NCBI GenBank assembly: GCA_051294905.1
Contig: CM119372.1
Location: 16,432,001 to 16,496,000 of the forward strand
From: Botryllus schlosseri
Lineage: Eukaryota
Reading direction: 5' to 3'
Length of the DNA: 64,000 bases
Of this stretch, positions 63,213-64,000 are shown in pieces. The translations under genes were made by a program, and so were the position numbers. A model generated the notes under the pieces. It was not told where the DNA came from. It did no database searches and saw only the letters and a program-made list of their open reading frames with translations. Positions within the stretch are counted from its first letter, which is position 1, and every line of letters begins with the position of its first letter.

Positions 63213-64000
63213 CTGCAGTAGACACCAAACACCAATTACAGCGAGATGTCGAGTAAGTATCCGATTTTTGAATAGATATATATTATGATATATTCGGCCG
63301 ATATTCAAAGGATATGGCATCTAGTTTAAGGCGATTATCCCAAACTTCAGAGGATTTATTTGAATTGCTATTGCTATGCTTGGACAAAACGTAAACTAGA
63401 AAGGGTCGCATCTGGACGCATGTAAGCTATAATAAATATATCAATATTCCCAGTCTAACAGTCGCAGATTTATAGGTCTCCCACTCCATACTAACATGTT
63501 GTGACGTCACCAACACTACCGATATGTCTGTCAAAGTCCGGTACCAACTGGACATTATTGGCGAAATAATCGGTCGGTCTCTAGTCAGAGCCACCGCAGA
63601 ATGTTGGCGTGGAAAAGCACAGTGGAAAATTCAATAACAGCGCGCTGCGTACGCCATAAGATATACAACATTTATAGCCCGTGCCGGCTAATTAAGAGGT
63701 GTCACTTGAATTCAAACTTCGCTGAGAGCATTCGACTACTTTCGCGACGTTTTTTTTTCAATGTCGCAATATGACGCTTCAGAACTACGGAATCGACAAA
63801 CTAACGAATAAATGAATGGTTAATAAATGTCAGCAGCCGTGTCACAATCAGTCAGCGGATAAAATAGGAATTCGCGATGTCGCGGAAGAGTCCGGCGTGT
63901 AACTTAATCAGCTTTGATGCGACGCAAGAGTAAGATAAGCCTGAGCATTAGCGGCAATCCAAACGGCAAAGCGCAGAACACGAAGAAAGAAACTATAGGC

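Overview
AT-rich, intron-containing eukaryotic (invertebrate metazoan; possibly ascidian/tunicate, which is an inference) genomic window with a high density of nested non-autonomous transposons. Genes rebuilt by hand from splice signals: (1) two same-orientation copies (9.5-17.2 kb and 50.5-54.3 kb, minus strand) of a gene with 6 coding exons for a 248-aa secreted acidic protein built from two internally repeated, possibly CBM2-like domains; (2) an intronless SelW2/MIEN1-type selenoprotein gene (CxxU, in-frame TGA at 43218) that the ORF track truncates; (3) the 3' exons of DNAJC10/ERdj5, ending in a 12-nt coding exon that gives a KIEL C-terminus; (4) an isolated SLC5A7-like exon. Mobile DNA: more than a dozen hAT-type MITEs with 8-bp target-site duplications (TSDs), a young 5'-truncated Penelope-like element with an inverted pLTR fragment and a minimal hammerhead ribozyme, a CR1/L2-type LINE 3' end, two tRNA-derived SINE families, a solo LTR, a decayed intron-containing P-element-type transposase, two fold-back palindromes and a ~200-bp satellite. 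All family assignments come from motif recognition, not database searches.
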